Of a DNA stretch of 64,000 bases, positions 1 through 8,581 are shown piece by piece. The stretch's first letter is position 1. Every line of letters starts with the position of its first letter. The notes beneath the pieces were generated by a model. The model was not told the DNA's origin. It saw nothing but the letters and a program-made list of their open reading frames with translations, and made no database searches. A program made the position numbers and the translations under genes. This DNA is from Chthonomonas sp. (GTDB lineage: Bacteria; Armatimonadota; Fimbriimonadia; Fimbriimonadales; Fimbriimonadaceae), in contig JAEURR010000007.1 in assembly GCA_016788115.1 (NCBI GenBank), positions 152,488 to 216,487 of the forward strand, written 5' to 3'.

Positions 1-400
1 GTTGTATAGTAGCGTCACGCACAAACGCACTCAGTGGAACATTCTTGGAACGAAATCCTTGACTTTTCCGTCCGAGTGTTTACATCTTGTTAATTCAAGA
101 TGGTAAAGTACGGTTCTTCAAGGGACCTGTCCCGCGAAGAGTTCGCCATGAGCCTTCGGGCTCGCGCTCGATGGTGAGCGCATCGACCGACAACTGAAAA
201 ACGGCACCGATCCAGCGAAAGCGTCAGGTGAGTCCGAGGCGGAATATGAAAAGCAATTATCTACGCCTACCTTCGACTTCGGCGACCATGACGTGGGAAA
301 GGGCACAAAGCGCTACAGCATGGGTGTGCTCTGGAAAGCGCCGTACTTCAGGAGTCAAACACGTCGGGTGACCGGCGTGAAATCTTGGAGGTACACCCTA

Positions 401-1309
401 ATGCGAAAAGCATTTACGCTTATCGAGCTTCTCGTCGTCATCGCGATCATCGCGATCCTCGCGGCGATCCTGTTCCCTGTCTTCGCCCAGGCCAAAGAGT
501 CTGCCAAGAACACTCAACTGCTTAGCAATATGAAGCAGACGGGTACGGCACAGATCCTCTACTCCGGCGACTACGAAGATCTCTTCGCCGTCTCCATGGC
601 CAGCCAGCCCGTCATCGACGGCGACTACGGTTGGCAGGAACTGATCCAGCCCTACTCGAAGAACTGGGACATCATGCTGAACGTCAAGCGCTCGCGACCA
701 ACTGGTGCAGCTGCTGAAATCGCTTGGATTCGAATCCAGCACCTTGGTATGCCGGCACGAGCCGTCACCAACGCCAACGCAGGCGTCCGCGCTCAGGGCT
801 TCTTCCAGGGCACGCACGTCGGTCAGACGGTCCGCTACGACGGTATCGCTGGTTTCGTAAACCTTGCTCCGAACGCTGCCGGTACGAACGACTGGCTCGG
901 TCGAGGCATCGCTCCTTCGCTCTCCTCGTCGCAGGTCGGAGAAGTTTCGACCACGGCCTTGATTGTCGAAGCGAACAACTGGGACGTCTGGATGTCGCTC
1001 GCTGGCGCCGCAACGGTTGGCCCGCTCTCTTACTGTGCTCGCTGGAACCCGGCAAGCTACAACGTGAACGGTGGCAGCTACGGCTACGCAGGTCCGACCG
1101 CCTTTACGCGACCGGACGCTGAAGCTCAGCGCAACGGCGTTGGTACAGCTACGGGCTGCGCCATCTCGAAGGGCAAGTCGACCTACGTCGCAACCGACAC
1201 GTCGGCCAAGTCCGTCGATCATCGCGCGTTCTTCTACGATGGTCAGACCAGCTCGTCTGGCGCGACCACGTACAAGGTCATCCGAGCCTTCAACCCAAGT
1301 GGATTCTAA
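401..1309 (+). CDS. Prepilin-type N-terminal cleavage/methylation domain protein (DUF1559-like pseudopilin paralog 1)
   Basis: The N-terminus [33 protein letters not shown] is a prepilin leader plus hydrophobic helix. GGAG lies at 387-390, ahead of ATG 401, so 401 was chosen over the ORF-track start at 293. The [10 protein letters not shown] and C-terminal ATDTSAK motifs are shared with the paralogs in this window. Confidence 0.85.
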   Translation: MRKAFTLIELLVVIAIIAILAAILFPVFAQAKESAKNTQLLSNMKQTGTAQILYSGDYEDLFAVSMASQPVIDGDYGWQELIQPYSKNWDIMLNVKRSRPTGAAAEIAWIRIQHLGMPARAVTNANAGVRAQGFFQGTHVGQTVRYDGIAGFVNLAPNAAGTNDWLGRGIAPSLSSSQVGEVSTTALIVEANNWDVWMSLAGAATVGPLSYCARWNPASYNVNGGSYGYAGPTAFTRPDAEAQRNGVGTATGCAISKGKSTYVATDTSAKSVDHRAFFYDGQTSSSGATTYKVIRAFNPSGF

Positions 1310-1312
1310 ATT

Positions 1313-1471
1313 ATGAAGCGAGCTATTTCTCTTCTCATTCTAGGTTCCATCGCCGCGACCTTGGTCGCTGGTTGCTCCGGTGGCAAGACTGATGATGCGG
1401 CTTCCAAGCCCATCGAAGCTTCCGCTGACAACAAGGGCAGCAAGGCTGACACGGTCCAAGCTAAGGAGTAG
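1313..1471 (+). CDS. Small putative lipoprotein (52 aa) with a low-complexity tail
   Basis: Hand translation, because the ORF is below the track cutoff: MKRAISLLILGSIAATLVAGCSGGKTDDAASKPIEASADNKGSKADTVQAKE. It has a signal peptide plus a VAGC lipobox. It starts 3 nt after the pseudopilin stop and is followed by a strong hairpin terminator. Confidence 0.55.
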   Translation: MKRAISLLILGSIAATLVAGCSGGKTDDAASKPIEASADNKGSKADTVQAKE

Positions 1472-1491
1472 TTTCTACTCTCAAGCAAGAC

Positions 1492-1528
1492 AAAACGCGC
1501 CCGTTCCATCTGGAACGGGCGCGTTTTG
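1492..1528. terminator. Rho-independent-type hairpin between convergent genes
   Basis: AAAACGCGCCCGTTCC-ATCT-GGAACGGGCGCGTTTT is a perfect 16-bp stem flanked by A- and T-runs, so it can serve both strands. Confidence 0.65.
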
Positions 1529-1540
1529 TCTTGAATCCAA

Positions 1541-1909
1541 CTAGCGGCGCTCTTCCATCAGCCCGACGAGGTTCCCATCCGGGTCCTTGACGAACGCCAT
1601 CCAGAGTTCGTGATCGGGCATCTGGGCGATCTTATGAGGCGCGCCCGCGTCCACCGCGCCAGCCCTGACGGCATTCGAGTGGACCTGGTCTACGTCGGCC
1701 ACCCGGTAGTAGAGCACCGAGTTTGCTCCGGGGGCTCCTGCGCCCTCAGGCGGGCTCAGCATGATGCGCACACCGCCCGCATCGAGGAAGCAGAGTTTGG
1801 GGCCTGCATCAAACAGATGCGTCAAGCCGATTACATCGACATAAAATGCTTTGGCGCGTTCAATATCCGCGACGCACAACGCGACTTGCCCTAGCGAGGG
1901 GAACGCCAT
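1541..1909 (-). CDS. VOC (glyoxalase/bleomycin-resistance/dioxygenase) family protein
   Basis: A ~122 aa protein with a typical VOC layout (VALCVADIERAKAFYVDVIGL ... WMAFVKDPDGNLVGLME). ATG at 1909 overlaps the nuoF stop (TGATG). Confidence 0.8.
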   Translation of the reverse strand: MAFPSLGQVALCVADIERAKAFYVDVIGLTHLFDAGPKLCFLDAGGVRIMLSPPEGAGAPGANSVLYYRVADVDQVHSNAVRAGAVDAGAPHKIAQMPDHELWMAFVKDPDGNLVGLMEERR

Positions 1910-3237
1910 CAAACACCCGTGAGTTGGAACTCGCTCGGCACCAAAGCTTTTGCTTCCGCGGTCTGGACCATCGACTTGCCGTGCTTGATAAAGTACTCGA
2001 ACTCCTCGGGGAAGACTCGCAGAGCCGCTGCGACCGGCCAGGCCGCGGCATCTCCGAGTCCGCAGAAGGAGCGTCCGTCGATTTGTTTGGTGATGTCGAG
2101 CAACAACTCCATGTCTCCGTCCTGTCCGCGACCGAGCATGATTCGCTCAAGGATGTTAAGCATCCACTTGGTCCCTTCTCGGCACGGAGTGCACTTCCCG
2201 CACGACTCTTGCGCATAGAAGAGGGCGGTCCGCCAGATGAATGAGACGATGCAGGTGTGTTCGTTCAGGAACATGCAGCCGCCCGAGCCGACCATCGTCT
2301 TCACTTCGCCCATCTCTTCGTAACCGATGATCGCTTTGCCGCAATCCTCGGCGTTGATGATGGGCACCGACGAGCCGCCGGGGACACAGGCCTTCAGCTT
2401 GCCACCCTTCATGCCGCCCGCAAGTTCGAGCAGGTCGTTCAACGTGACGCCGAACTCGATCTCGTAGTTGCCGGGCCTGTTCACATGGCCGCTCACGGAG
2501 AAAATCTTTGTTCCGCGCGAGTTCTTGGTAGAGGCTCCGAGCGTCGCGTACCAGTTACCCCCATTCTTCAGGATGAACGGTGCGCAAGCATAGGTCTCGA
2601 CGTTGTTGATAATGGTGGGCCGATCCCAGACACCCGCAACGGTCGGAAGCGGGGCGTGAGGGAACTTCAGTCGGGGCATTCCCCGCTCACCCATCAGCGA
2701 GCTCATCAGGGCGCTCTCTTCACCGCACTCGTAGCTGCCCGCCCCGAGGTGGATGTAGAGGTCGAAATCGTAGCCCGAGCCCATGATGTTCTTGCCCAGG
2801 AGGCCGGCTGCGTACGCTTCGTCGATCGCGCTGCGCAGGGCCTTGGCGGCATCCACAAACTCGGCGCGGATGTAGATGTAACCGGCGTCGGCTTGAGTCG
2901 CGAATCCACCGATGGTCATCCCTTCGATCAGCAGGAACGGCGTCGTCTCCATCAACTGCTTGTCCTTGAAGGTCCCCGGCTCGCCCTCGTCGGCGTTGCA
3001 GATCATGTAGTGCGGCTGAGTCTTGGTTTTCTCGATGCCGTTCCACTTGATCCAAGTTGGGAAGCCAGCGCCTCCGCGACCGCGCAGGTTCGAAGCCTTG
3101 ATCTCGTCAATGACGGCCTGGCGCTCCATCGCGATCGCCTTGCGCAACCCGTCGTAACCCCCGGTGGCTTGGTAGCCCTTGAGAGTTCGGTACGCGGGGT
3201 CATGTGAGTGCTCTAAGAGAAGTTTGGTTTCTGCCAT
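1909..3237 (-). CDS. nuoF: NADH-quinone oxidoreductase subunit F (51 kDa; FMN/NADH-binding, 4Fe-4S)
   Basis: Carries GRGGAGFPTWIKW (FMN/NADH site), GEPGTFKD and the ESCGKCTPCREG cluster motif. ATG 3237 (MAETKLL) was chosen; the ORF-track start at 3294 would overlap nuoE. Confidence 0.93.
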   Translation of the reverse strand: MAETKLLLEHSHDPAYRTLKGYQATGGYDGLRKAIAMERQAVIDEIKASNLRGRGGAGFPTWIKWNGIEKTKTQPHYMICNADEGEPGTFKDKQLMETTPFLLIEGMTIGGFATQADAGYIYIRAEFVDAAKALRSAIDEAYAAGLLGKNIMGSGYDFDLYIHLGAGSYECGEESALMSSLMGERGMPRLKFPHAPLPTVAGVWDRPTIINNVETYACAPFILKNGGNWYATLGASTKNSRGTKIFSVSGHVNRPGNYEIEFGVTLNDLLELAGGMKGGKLKACVPGGSSVPIINAEDCGKAIIGYEEMGEVKTMVGSGGCMFLNEHTCIVSFIWRTALFYAQESCGKCTPCREGTKWMLNILERIMLGRGQDGDMELLLDITKQIDGRSFCGLGDAAAWPVAAALRVFPEEFEYFIKHGKSMVQTAEAKALVPSEFQLTGV

Positions 3238-3241
3238 GGTG

Positions 3242-3862
3242 TTATCGAATCTTCTCCACGTCGCGGAGGTGAACCTTGACGATGTCGTCGGCAAGTTGGG
3301 TCACGCTGGAAGTTTCCTTAGTGCGAAGCTCATCGATGAGCCGATCCACATACGCGGCATCGACGGGCCCGTGGTAGTCGCTGCCGATTTGAAGGAGTGG
3401 CGCGCGGTCGCATGCGTTCAGGCACTCGACTTCGTGAAGGGTGAACAGACCGTCGGGGGTCGTCTCGCCGAAGCCGATCCCCAGCTTCTCTTTCAGGTGG
3501 TCGGCAATGCGGTAGGCCCCGCACATGTGGCAGCTCAGGCAGGTGCACACCTCGATCATGTGCTTGCCCACTGCGTGGGCGGTGTTGTACATCGAATAGA
3601 ACGTTGCGACTCCTTCAACTTCGGCGTAGCTCCGCTCCAACCGGTGGGCGACTTCGGCGATCGCCTCGCCGCTCAAGAATCCGCCGTACTCGCGCTGGGC
3701 GATCCAAAGTCCTGGAAGGATACAACTCTTCTTGTCGGGGTAGTGGGTCATCAAGGCGTTCAGTTCGTGAATCGCCTCGTCGCTGAAATGCAGTTTCAGC
3801 GTGTCTCCCTTCGGCGCCTTCGGCCGTTCGTTGATGCCACCAAGTTGAATCAGTTGACTCAT
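3242..3862 (-). CDS. nuoE: NADH-quinone oxidoreductase subunit E (24 kDa; 2Fe-2S)
   Basis: Carries YPDKKSCILPGLWIAQRE, CTCLSCHMCGA and ECLNACDRAP cysteine motifs, and sits directly upstream of nuoF. The start is ATG 3862; a GTG at 3886 is possible. Confidence 0.9.
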   Translation of the reverse strand: MSQLIQLGGINERPKAPKGDTLKLHFSDEAIHELNALMTHYPDKKSCILPGLWIAQREYGGFLSGEAIAEVAHRLERSYAEVEGVATFYSMYNTAHAVGKHMIEVCTCLSCHMCGAYRIADHLKEKLGIGFGETTPDGLFTLHEVECLNACDRAPLLQIGSDYHGPVDAAYVDRLIDELRTKETSSVTQLADDIVKVHLRDVEKIR

Positions 3863-3952
3863 GGAATTGACCTTGATTCTACTCACTTGACCCTAACTTC
3901 GGGGCGGAGCTCTGCGCCGAATGCGTCAAAATGTGCTCAGGTAAGGTGAGCC

Positions 3953-4807
3953 ATGCGACTTGACGATTTGCAGGAAAGCGAAAATGTAGAAGATCGCCGC
4001 GGGATGAGCCGCGGCAAGGTTGCCGCCGGTGGCGGCATCGGGGTGTTGGTCATCGCGCTGATCGTCATGGCGATGGGGGGCGATCCCAGCGCGTTGCTGA
4101 GCCAGGACGGCGTCAACCAGGGCTCGCAGGACACCTCGACGCCGTACCAAGCCAGCCCTGAAGAAGAGGAATTGCGTAAGCTCGTTTCGAAGACACTCAA
4201 GTCCACCGAAGAGGTCTGGCAGCGAGAGTTTCCCGCACAACTCGGCAAGCAGTATCGAGAACCTAAACTGGTGATGTTCACGGGTCAGGTGGATTCGGCG
4301 TGTGGCGCGGCGGAGGCCGGCATGGGGCCGTTCTACTGCGGCGAGGATCAAAACGTCTACATCGACCTAAGCTTTTATCAAACGCTACGGGAGCGATTTC
4401 GTTCGGCGGGAGACTTTGCCCAAGCCTACGTGATCGCCCACGAGGTCGGGCACCACGTCCAACGTCAGCTGGGCGTCCTCGACAAAGTCCATGCGCGACG
4501 CGGCAGCATCAGCGAGGAGCAATACAACCAGCTTTCGGTACGACTGGAGCTTCAGGCGGACTTTCTCGCAGGGGTTTGGGCGCACCACGCCCAGGATCGT
4601 GTTGGACTCGATGAGCAAGACATCCGTGAGGCGCTTGAGGCCGCGAGTGCGATTGGCGATGACAACATCCAGCGCCAGTCTCAGGGGTACGTCCAGCCGG
4701 AGTCGTTCACTCATGGAAGTGGCGAGCAGCGCGTTCGATGGTTCATGCGCGGGTACGAGTCCGGCAAGATCGCAGACGGGGACACCTTCAACGCAAGGAA
4801 GCTCTAA
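3953..4807 (+). CDS. YpfJ-family putative neutral zinc metallopeptidase
   Basis: N-terminal membrane anchor, GPFYCGEDQNVYIDLSF, an HEVGHHVQ zinc motif and ELQADFLAGVW, all characteristic of the YpfJ/Zn_peptidase family. Confidence 0.85.
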   Translation: MRLDDLQESENVEDRRGMSRGKVAAGGGIGVLVIALIVMAMGGDPSALLSQDGVNQGSQDTSTPYQASPEEEELRKLVSKTLKSTEEVWQREFPAQLGKQYREPKLVMFTGQVDSACGAAEAGMGPFYCGEDQNVYIDLSFYQTLRERFRSAGDFAQAYVIAHEVGHHVQRQLGVLDKVHARRGSISEEQYNQLSVRLELQADFLAGVWAHHAQDRVGLDEQDIREALEAASAIGDDNIQRQSQGYVQPESFTHGSGEQRVRWFMRGYESGKIADGDTFNARKL

Positions 4808-4812
4808 CGTCG

Positions 4813-5394
4813 ATGCAAAAGAACAGACTTGAGGCGTTCAGCGACGGCGTCTTCGCGATCATCATCACGATCATGGTGCTGGAGATCAAAGCTCCGGCGG
4901 GCGGCGAAATGAGCGATCTAATGAAGCTCTGGCCGGTTTTCCTCAGCTACATCATGAGCTTCGTGTTCCTCGCGATCTACTGGAACAACCACCACCACAT
5001 GATCCACGCGACCAACCGCGTGAGCGGCGGAGTCCTGTGGGCGAACACCCATCTGCTGTTCTGGTTGTCGCTTGTCCCCGTGATGACGGCATGGATGGGC
5101 GAGCACCACTTCACGCCGCTGACCGTCGGAGTCTACGGAGCCGTGCTGCTGCTTTCGGTGGTTGCGTACAAAGTTTTGCAGGAAAACATCATTAAACAAG
5201 AGGGCCGAGATTCCGCATTCGCTCGCACTCTCGGGAAAGACGTGAAGGGAAAGCTGTCACTCATCAGTTACGCCATCGCGATCGTGCTGAGCCCGTTTTC
5301 GTCCGCGACTTCTCTGGCGATCTACCTCGTTGTGGCCGCCATGTGGTTCGTGCCCGATCGGCGCATGGAGCGCATACTGCCCGGCGCGGAGTAG
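4813..5394 (+). CDS. TMEM175/DUF1211-family membrane protein (putative K+ channel)
   Basis: The MQKNRLEAFSDGVFAIIITIMVLEI signature (RxxxFSDGVxAI) plus about six hydrophobic helices. ATG 4813 was chosen over the track start at 4738. Confidence 0.8.
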   Translation: MQKNRLEAFSDGVFAIIITIMVLEIKAPAGGEMSDLMKLWPVFLSYIMSFVFLAIYWNNHHHMIHATNRVSGGVLWANTHLLFWLSLVPVMTAWMGEHHFTPLTVGVYGAVLLLSVVAYKVLQENIIKQEGRDSAFARTLGKDVKGKLSLISYAIAIVLSPFSSATSLAIYLVVAAMWFVPDRRMERILPGAE

Positions 5395-5449
5395 GGTGAT
5401 GGTCCCGACGCTTCAGCATCGGGACCGTCGGATTGCGTGCGGCCCGTTG

Positions 5450-6220
5450 TCAGGCTTTCTTTCGTCGAGTCGCGAGGAACGCCACGAGGCCGCCGAAGGC
5501 GAACAGGGTGCTCGGCTCGGGCACCGTCCGCAGCCCCATCAGGCCATTGATCTCGTCGTCCCCATCGCTGATGAGCGCTCCCGGTCCACCGTGGATGATG
5601 CTCGCGTAGCGGAACGGCGTCTGGTTCGGCGTGGTCACGACATAGGTGAAACCATCCCAATGGACGCCCAGGATCGGGTGGAACCCTTCGAGCCAAACGC
5701 GCACGACCTTGGCCTGCACCCAACTGGCTGGGTCGTTGTGGTCGTTCGACAGGTACACCGTTGATTCGATCGACTCCTGCGGGAGTGGCCCGTGGTCGAT
5801 GACCGGGAAGACTGCGCAGAAGCTCGAAAGTCCTCCGAGGTCGAAGACCGTTTGCCCGACCTGACCGTCGGACTGGAACCACTTGTCGTCAATCGAGTTC
5901 GCCGCAACGGGGACTGTCCCCTCGATCACGTAGTCGTACGATCCGGTACCGGTGTTATCCAGCGATCTACCCGCTGTGCCCCCTCCCCGGAGCAGGCTCG
6001 CCGCGGTGAAGCCGGAGGCGTTAAACAAGCCGTCATCGAGCAGCCCTTGGGTGATCACCTGCTGCCGGTTGGCGAGGGTGTTGCTACCGAAATAGAGCTC
6101 GGCGAACGTTCCGACACTGGCACCTTGCCAGGTTCGGGGATCGTCGGGGTTTGTTAATAGGGTCGCGTTCGCGGCGCAAGCCGAGACCAATGCACAGGCA
6201 AGCACAATTGTCTTTTTCAT
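5450..6220 (-). CDS. Secreted PEP-CTERM sorting-domain protein
   Basis: Signal peptide MKKTIVLACALVSACAANA. The C-terminus VPEPSTLFAFGGLVAFLATRRKKA is a PEP motif, a TM helix and a basic tail. Confidence 0.8.
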   Translation of the reverse strand: MKKTIVLACALVSACAANATLLTNPDDPRTWQGASVGTFAELYFGSNTLANRQQVITQGLLDDGLFNASGFTAASLLRGGGTAGRSLDNTGTGSYDYVIEGTVPVAANSIDDKWFQSDGQVGQTVFDLGGLSSFCAVFPVIDHGPLPQESIESTVYLSNDHNDPASWVQAKVVRVWLEGFHPILGVHWDGFTYVVTTPNQTPFRYASIIHGGPGALISDGDDEINGLMGLRTVPEPSTLFAFGGLVAFLATRRKKA

Positions 6221-6265
6221 TTGTCAGTCCTCTCCAAGGCGCCGAGTTGACGCCCACTGCTACAG

Positions 6266-6294
6266 TATCTAGCAAAAATCTTGTTTTGTCACAA
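6266..6294 (-). promoter_or_regulatory. Candidate sigma70-type promoter for the PEP-CTERM gene
   Basis: The minus strand reads TTGTGA-N17-TAGATA, about 45 nt upstream of ATG 6220, inside an AT-rich spacer. Confidence 0.3.
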
Positions 6295-6361
6295 GAAATT
6301 TGTACAATTGGTCACAAAATGGCTTAGCTGCGGTCAAATTTCGGCCAGCTTCTTCGCCGAA

Positions 6362-7315
6362 TCACTGCGTGCACGGGGTGGTTGTGCTCGTCCCGAAGCG
6401 GTACGTGAAGTCGGTATCCGGTCGAAAGAAGCTCAGATATGCGCCGAGGCTGGTTCCGGTTGCAGTGCATCGGTGGTACGAGATTTGCTGGCCGTCCTTG
6501 CCGTACGTCGCCGTCGGATCCTTGTAGCTGGCGTAGCCTGACCCCGCGCGTCCCCCAGGATTCTGTTGCACCAAACGCGCCGAGCTATCGCAAGCGACGA
6601 ACACGATTCCACGATTGAAGACCCACGCCGTATCGTTCGATGCGACGTAGGGTGGGAAGCTGTAGTCGTTCTGGCTCGTGACGGTGCTCGGCCGACCAGA
6701 ACTATTGAATCGGCAGTTCACCAGGTAGCCCGCTGCATCCGCAGCACAACTGAGGATTGGGTTCGTGAACGCATAGCCGCCCAACTGCTCTTTCATGTTG
6801 CCCCACCACACGAGCGTAAGCTTCGAGGGTGAGTTCACCTCGCTCGTGGAAAGCGTGTGCAGCAGGCCATTGAAGCTGAGCGAAGTATCGCGCGGCTTGA
6901 TGCCGCGGTAAGTCTGATTGACATCGCCATAAAATCCGGAGAACCCAGGGAGCCGACCCAGGTTGATCCGATTTAGGCCTGGGGCGATCATGATCTCGTA
7001 GCTCTTGGTGTACGGGAAGCAGGAGTTCGCCCAGACCACTGCGTCACGCACTTCGGTTTCGGCCTTGAACCACCCCGCGGGGGTTTCAGCGGCCAGGATC
7101 GTACTGCCAGATCGGCGATGGCTGATGGGATAGCAGTCATTCGCGTCATTGGTGTAGAGCAGAATTCCGAGCCCTGTCTGCTTGGTGTTGCTGATCGCTT
7201 GCGTCGTTGTGGCGGTCGCCTTTGCTGCCGCGAAGATGGGGTAGAGGATCGCCGCCAGGATCGCGATGATCGCGATCACGACGAGCAGTTCGATGAGCGT
7301 GAATCCCTTTCTCAT
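6362..7315 (-). CDS. Prepilin-type N-terminal cleavage/methylation domain protein (DUF1559-like paralog 2)
   Basis: Carries [39 protein letters not shown], and the C-terminal VACDSSARLV motif. Confidence 0.85.
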   Translation of the reverse strand: MRKGFTLIELLVVIAIIAILAAILYPIFAAAKATATTTQAISNTKQTGLGILLYTNDANDCYPISHRRSGSTILAAETPAGWFKAETEVRDAVVWANSCFPYTKSYEIMIAPGLNRINLGRLPGFSGFYGDVNQTYRGIKPRDTSLSFNGLLHTLSTSEVNSPSKLTLVWWGNMKEQLGGYAFTNPILSCAADAAGYLVNCRFNSSGRPSTVTSQNDYSFPPYVASNDTAWVFNRGIVFVACDSSARLVQQNPGGRAGSGYASYKDPTATYGKDGQQISYHRCTATGTSLGAYLSFFRPDTDFTYRFGTSTTTPCTQ

Positions 7316-7483
7316 TAGCTTGCACCCGACAGCGCGATATCAGACGATCGGACGTATGGTGGCTCAGCTGACTCGCTCCGCTTGCGTCTAACTTGCATCA
7401 CCCGGCCCATATTCCGAACCCAAGAGACTCTGCTTAAAGAACGAAAGTTGCTCCGGAAATCGTTCATCAGTACACCACCAAGA

Positions 7484-8404
7484 TCAGAACCGCACGGGGC
7501 TACCGAAGTTCTCGAAGTCGAAATCGGGGCGGAAAAGGATCGGGTGGCGACCGTTCTCGTCCTTCCACACGTACTCTGCGTAACCGTTCTTGTCATACTT
7601 CGACCGGAAGTCGGTTCGGTAGTCTGTGTCGCCGCCGAGGTTCTGACCCATCGGGAAGAACCGCGCGCTACCATCGACCATCGCTGCGTTCATTCCTTTG
7701 TTGAAGACCCACATGCTCGGCTTCACGCGGCTGTACCCCCAGAACGAGATGTTGCTGCTGCAGCCATTGAACTCATAGAACGTCTTGCACTCGGAGACCG
7801 GACGGTAGATGCACGGCGAGGTGCCGTTCATGCAGTCCAGATATGGGTCGGCAGCAGTGAAACCCCGGATACTGATGGTGCCGCTCGTGCTCGTGAACAT
7901 GCGCAGCTTGCTGGGCTGGTTGACCGCTGTCGCCGAGTACGCACTCAGGAGACCGTTGTAGCGGTAGTTGGTGATGGCGTACGGCTTGGATGCCGCGCCG
8001 TAGTTCACCCAGTTGCCACCGATCGCCACGTCGCGGTCGCTCAGGACTTGTGCGCTTTGCCCGCGGAGGATTTCGAAGTTCTTGACGTACGGCAAAATGC
8101 TGTTGCCCCAAGCCGCGCCATAGTCCGAGCTGTGAGCGCTGTACTCGGAGAACGCGTCGTTCGGGGTCGGGATGAGCGAACTGCCGTAATACCCTGGAGG
8201 CGTGGCCAGTGGATACACATCGTCGGAGTCGGTGAGGTAGAGGTGGACCGCCAAAGCGAGTTGCCTCTGATTACTGAGGTCCGCCGACCGGCGTGCGGAC
8301 TCTTTGGCCCGGGCAAAAACGGGGAACAAGATCGCCGCGAGCACCGCGATGATCGCGATGACGACGAGCAGTTCGATGAGCGTGAACGCGGTTCGAAGAC
8401 GCAT
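7484..8404 (-). CDS. Prepilin-type N-terminal cleavage/methylation domain protein (DUF1559-like paralog 3)
   Basis: Carries [35 protein letters not shown] and [11 protein letters not shown]. The C-terminal MVDGSARFF keeps the canonical DGS form of the motif. Confidence 0.85.
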   Translation of the reverse strand: MRLRTAFTLIELLVVIAIIAVLAAILFPVFARAKESARRSADLSNQRQLALAVHLYLTDSDDVYPLATPPGYYGSSLIPTPNDAFSEYSAHSSDYGAAWGNSILPYVKNFEILRGQSAQVLSDRDVAIGGNWVNYGAASKPYAITNYRYNGLLSAYSATAVNQPSKLRMFTSTSGTISIRGFTAADPYLDCMNGTSPCIYRPVSECKTFYEFNGCSSNISFWGYSRVKPSMWVFNKGMNAAMVDGSARFFPMGQNLGGDTDYRTDFRSKYDKNGYAEYVWKDENGRHPILFRPDFDFENFGSPVRF

Positions 8405-8581
8405 GAGGACCTACGCGGGCGCGACCCAACGGTTCGCAGCACCGAGTACAAGACGCACGCAGGACTATGCGAAGTTCCTGCATGAGATGGAACGGGAATT
8501 GCGCCCGAGAGTGCAAGGTTTGCGCTACTGGTGGACAGAAATGGTTGAACTTTGTCGCTCGGAGACTCACTCCACGCTTTA

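Noticed and set aside
118-306. 62-aa ORF on the minus strand, and a 41-codon plus-strand ORF (246-371), in the leader of the first pseudopilin gene.
   Set aside because: No RBS, no motif and low-complexity translation. The region is more likely a 5' untranslated or promoter region. A TTGACT-N16-TACATC promoter-like element is at 59-86, but it is too weak to call.
398-1222. Long ORFs antisense to, or out of frame with, well-supported genes. Examples: 398-1222(-), 2257-3207(+), 8041-9381(-), 26041-27063(+), 35060-35824(-), 37620-38336(-), 52029-53192(+), 55069-55788(+).
   Set aside because: These are typical shadow ORFs of high-GC DNA. They have Arg/Ala/Pro/Gly-rich translations without motifs, and each fully overlaps a gene with strong family signatures.
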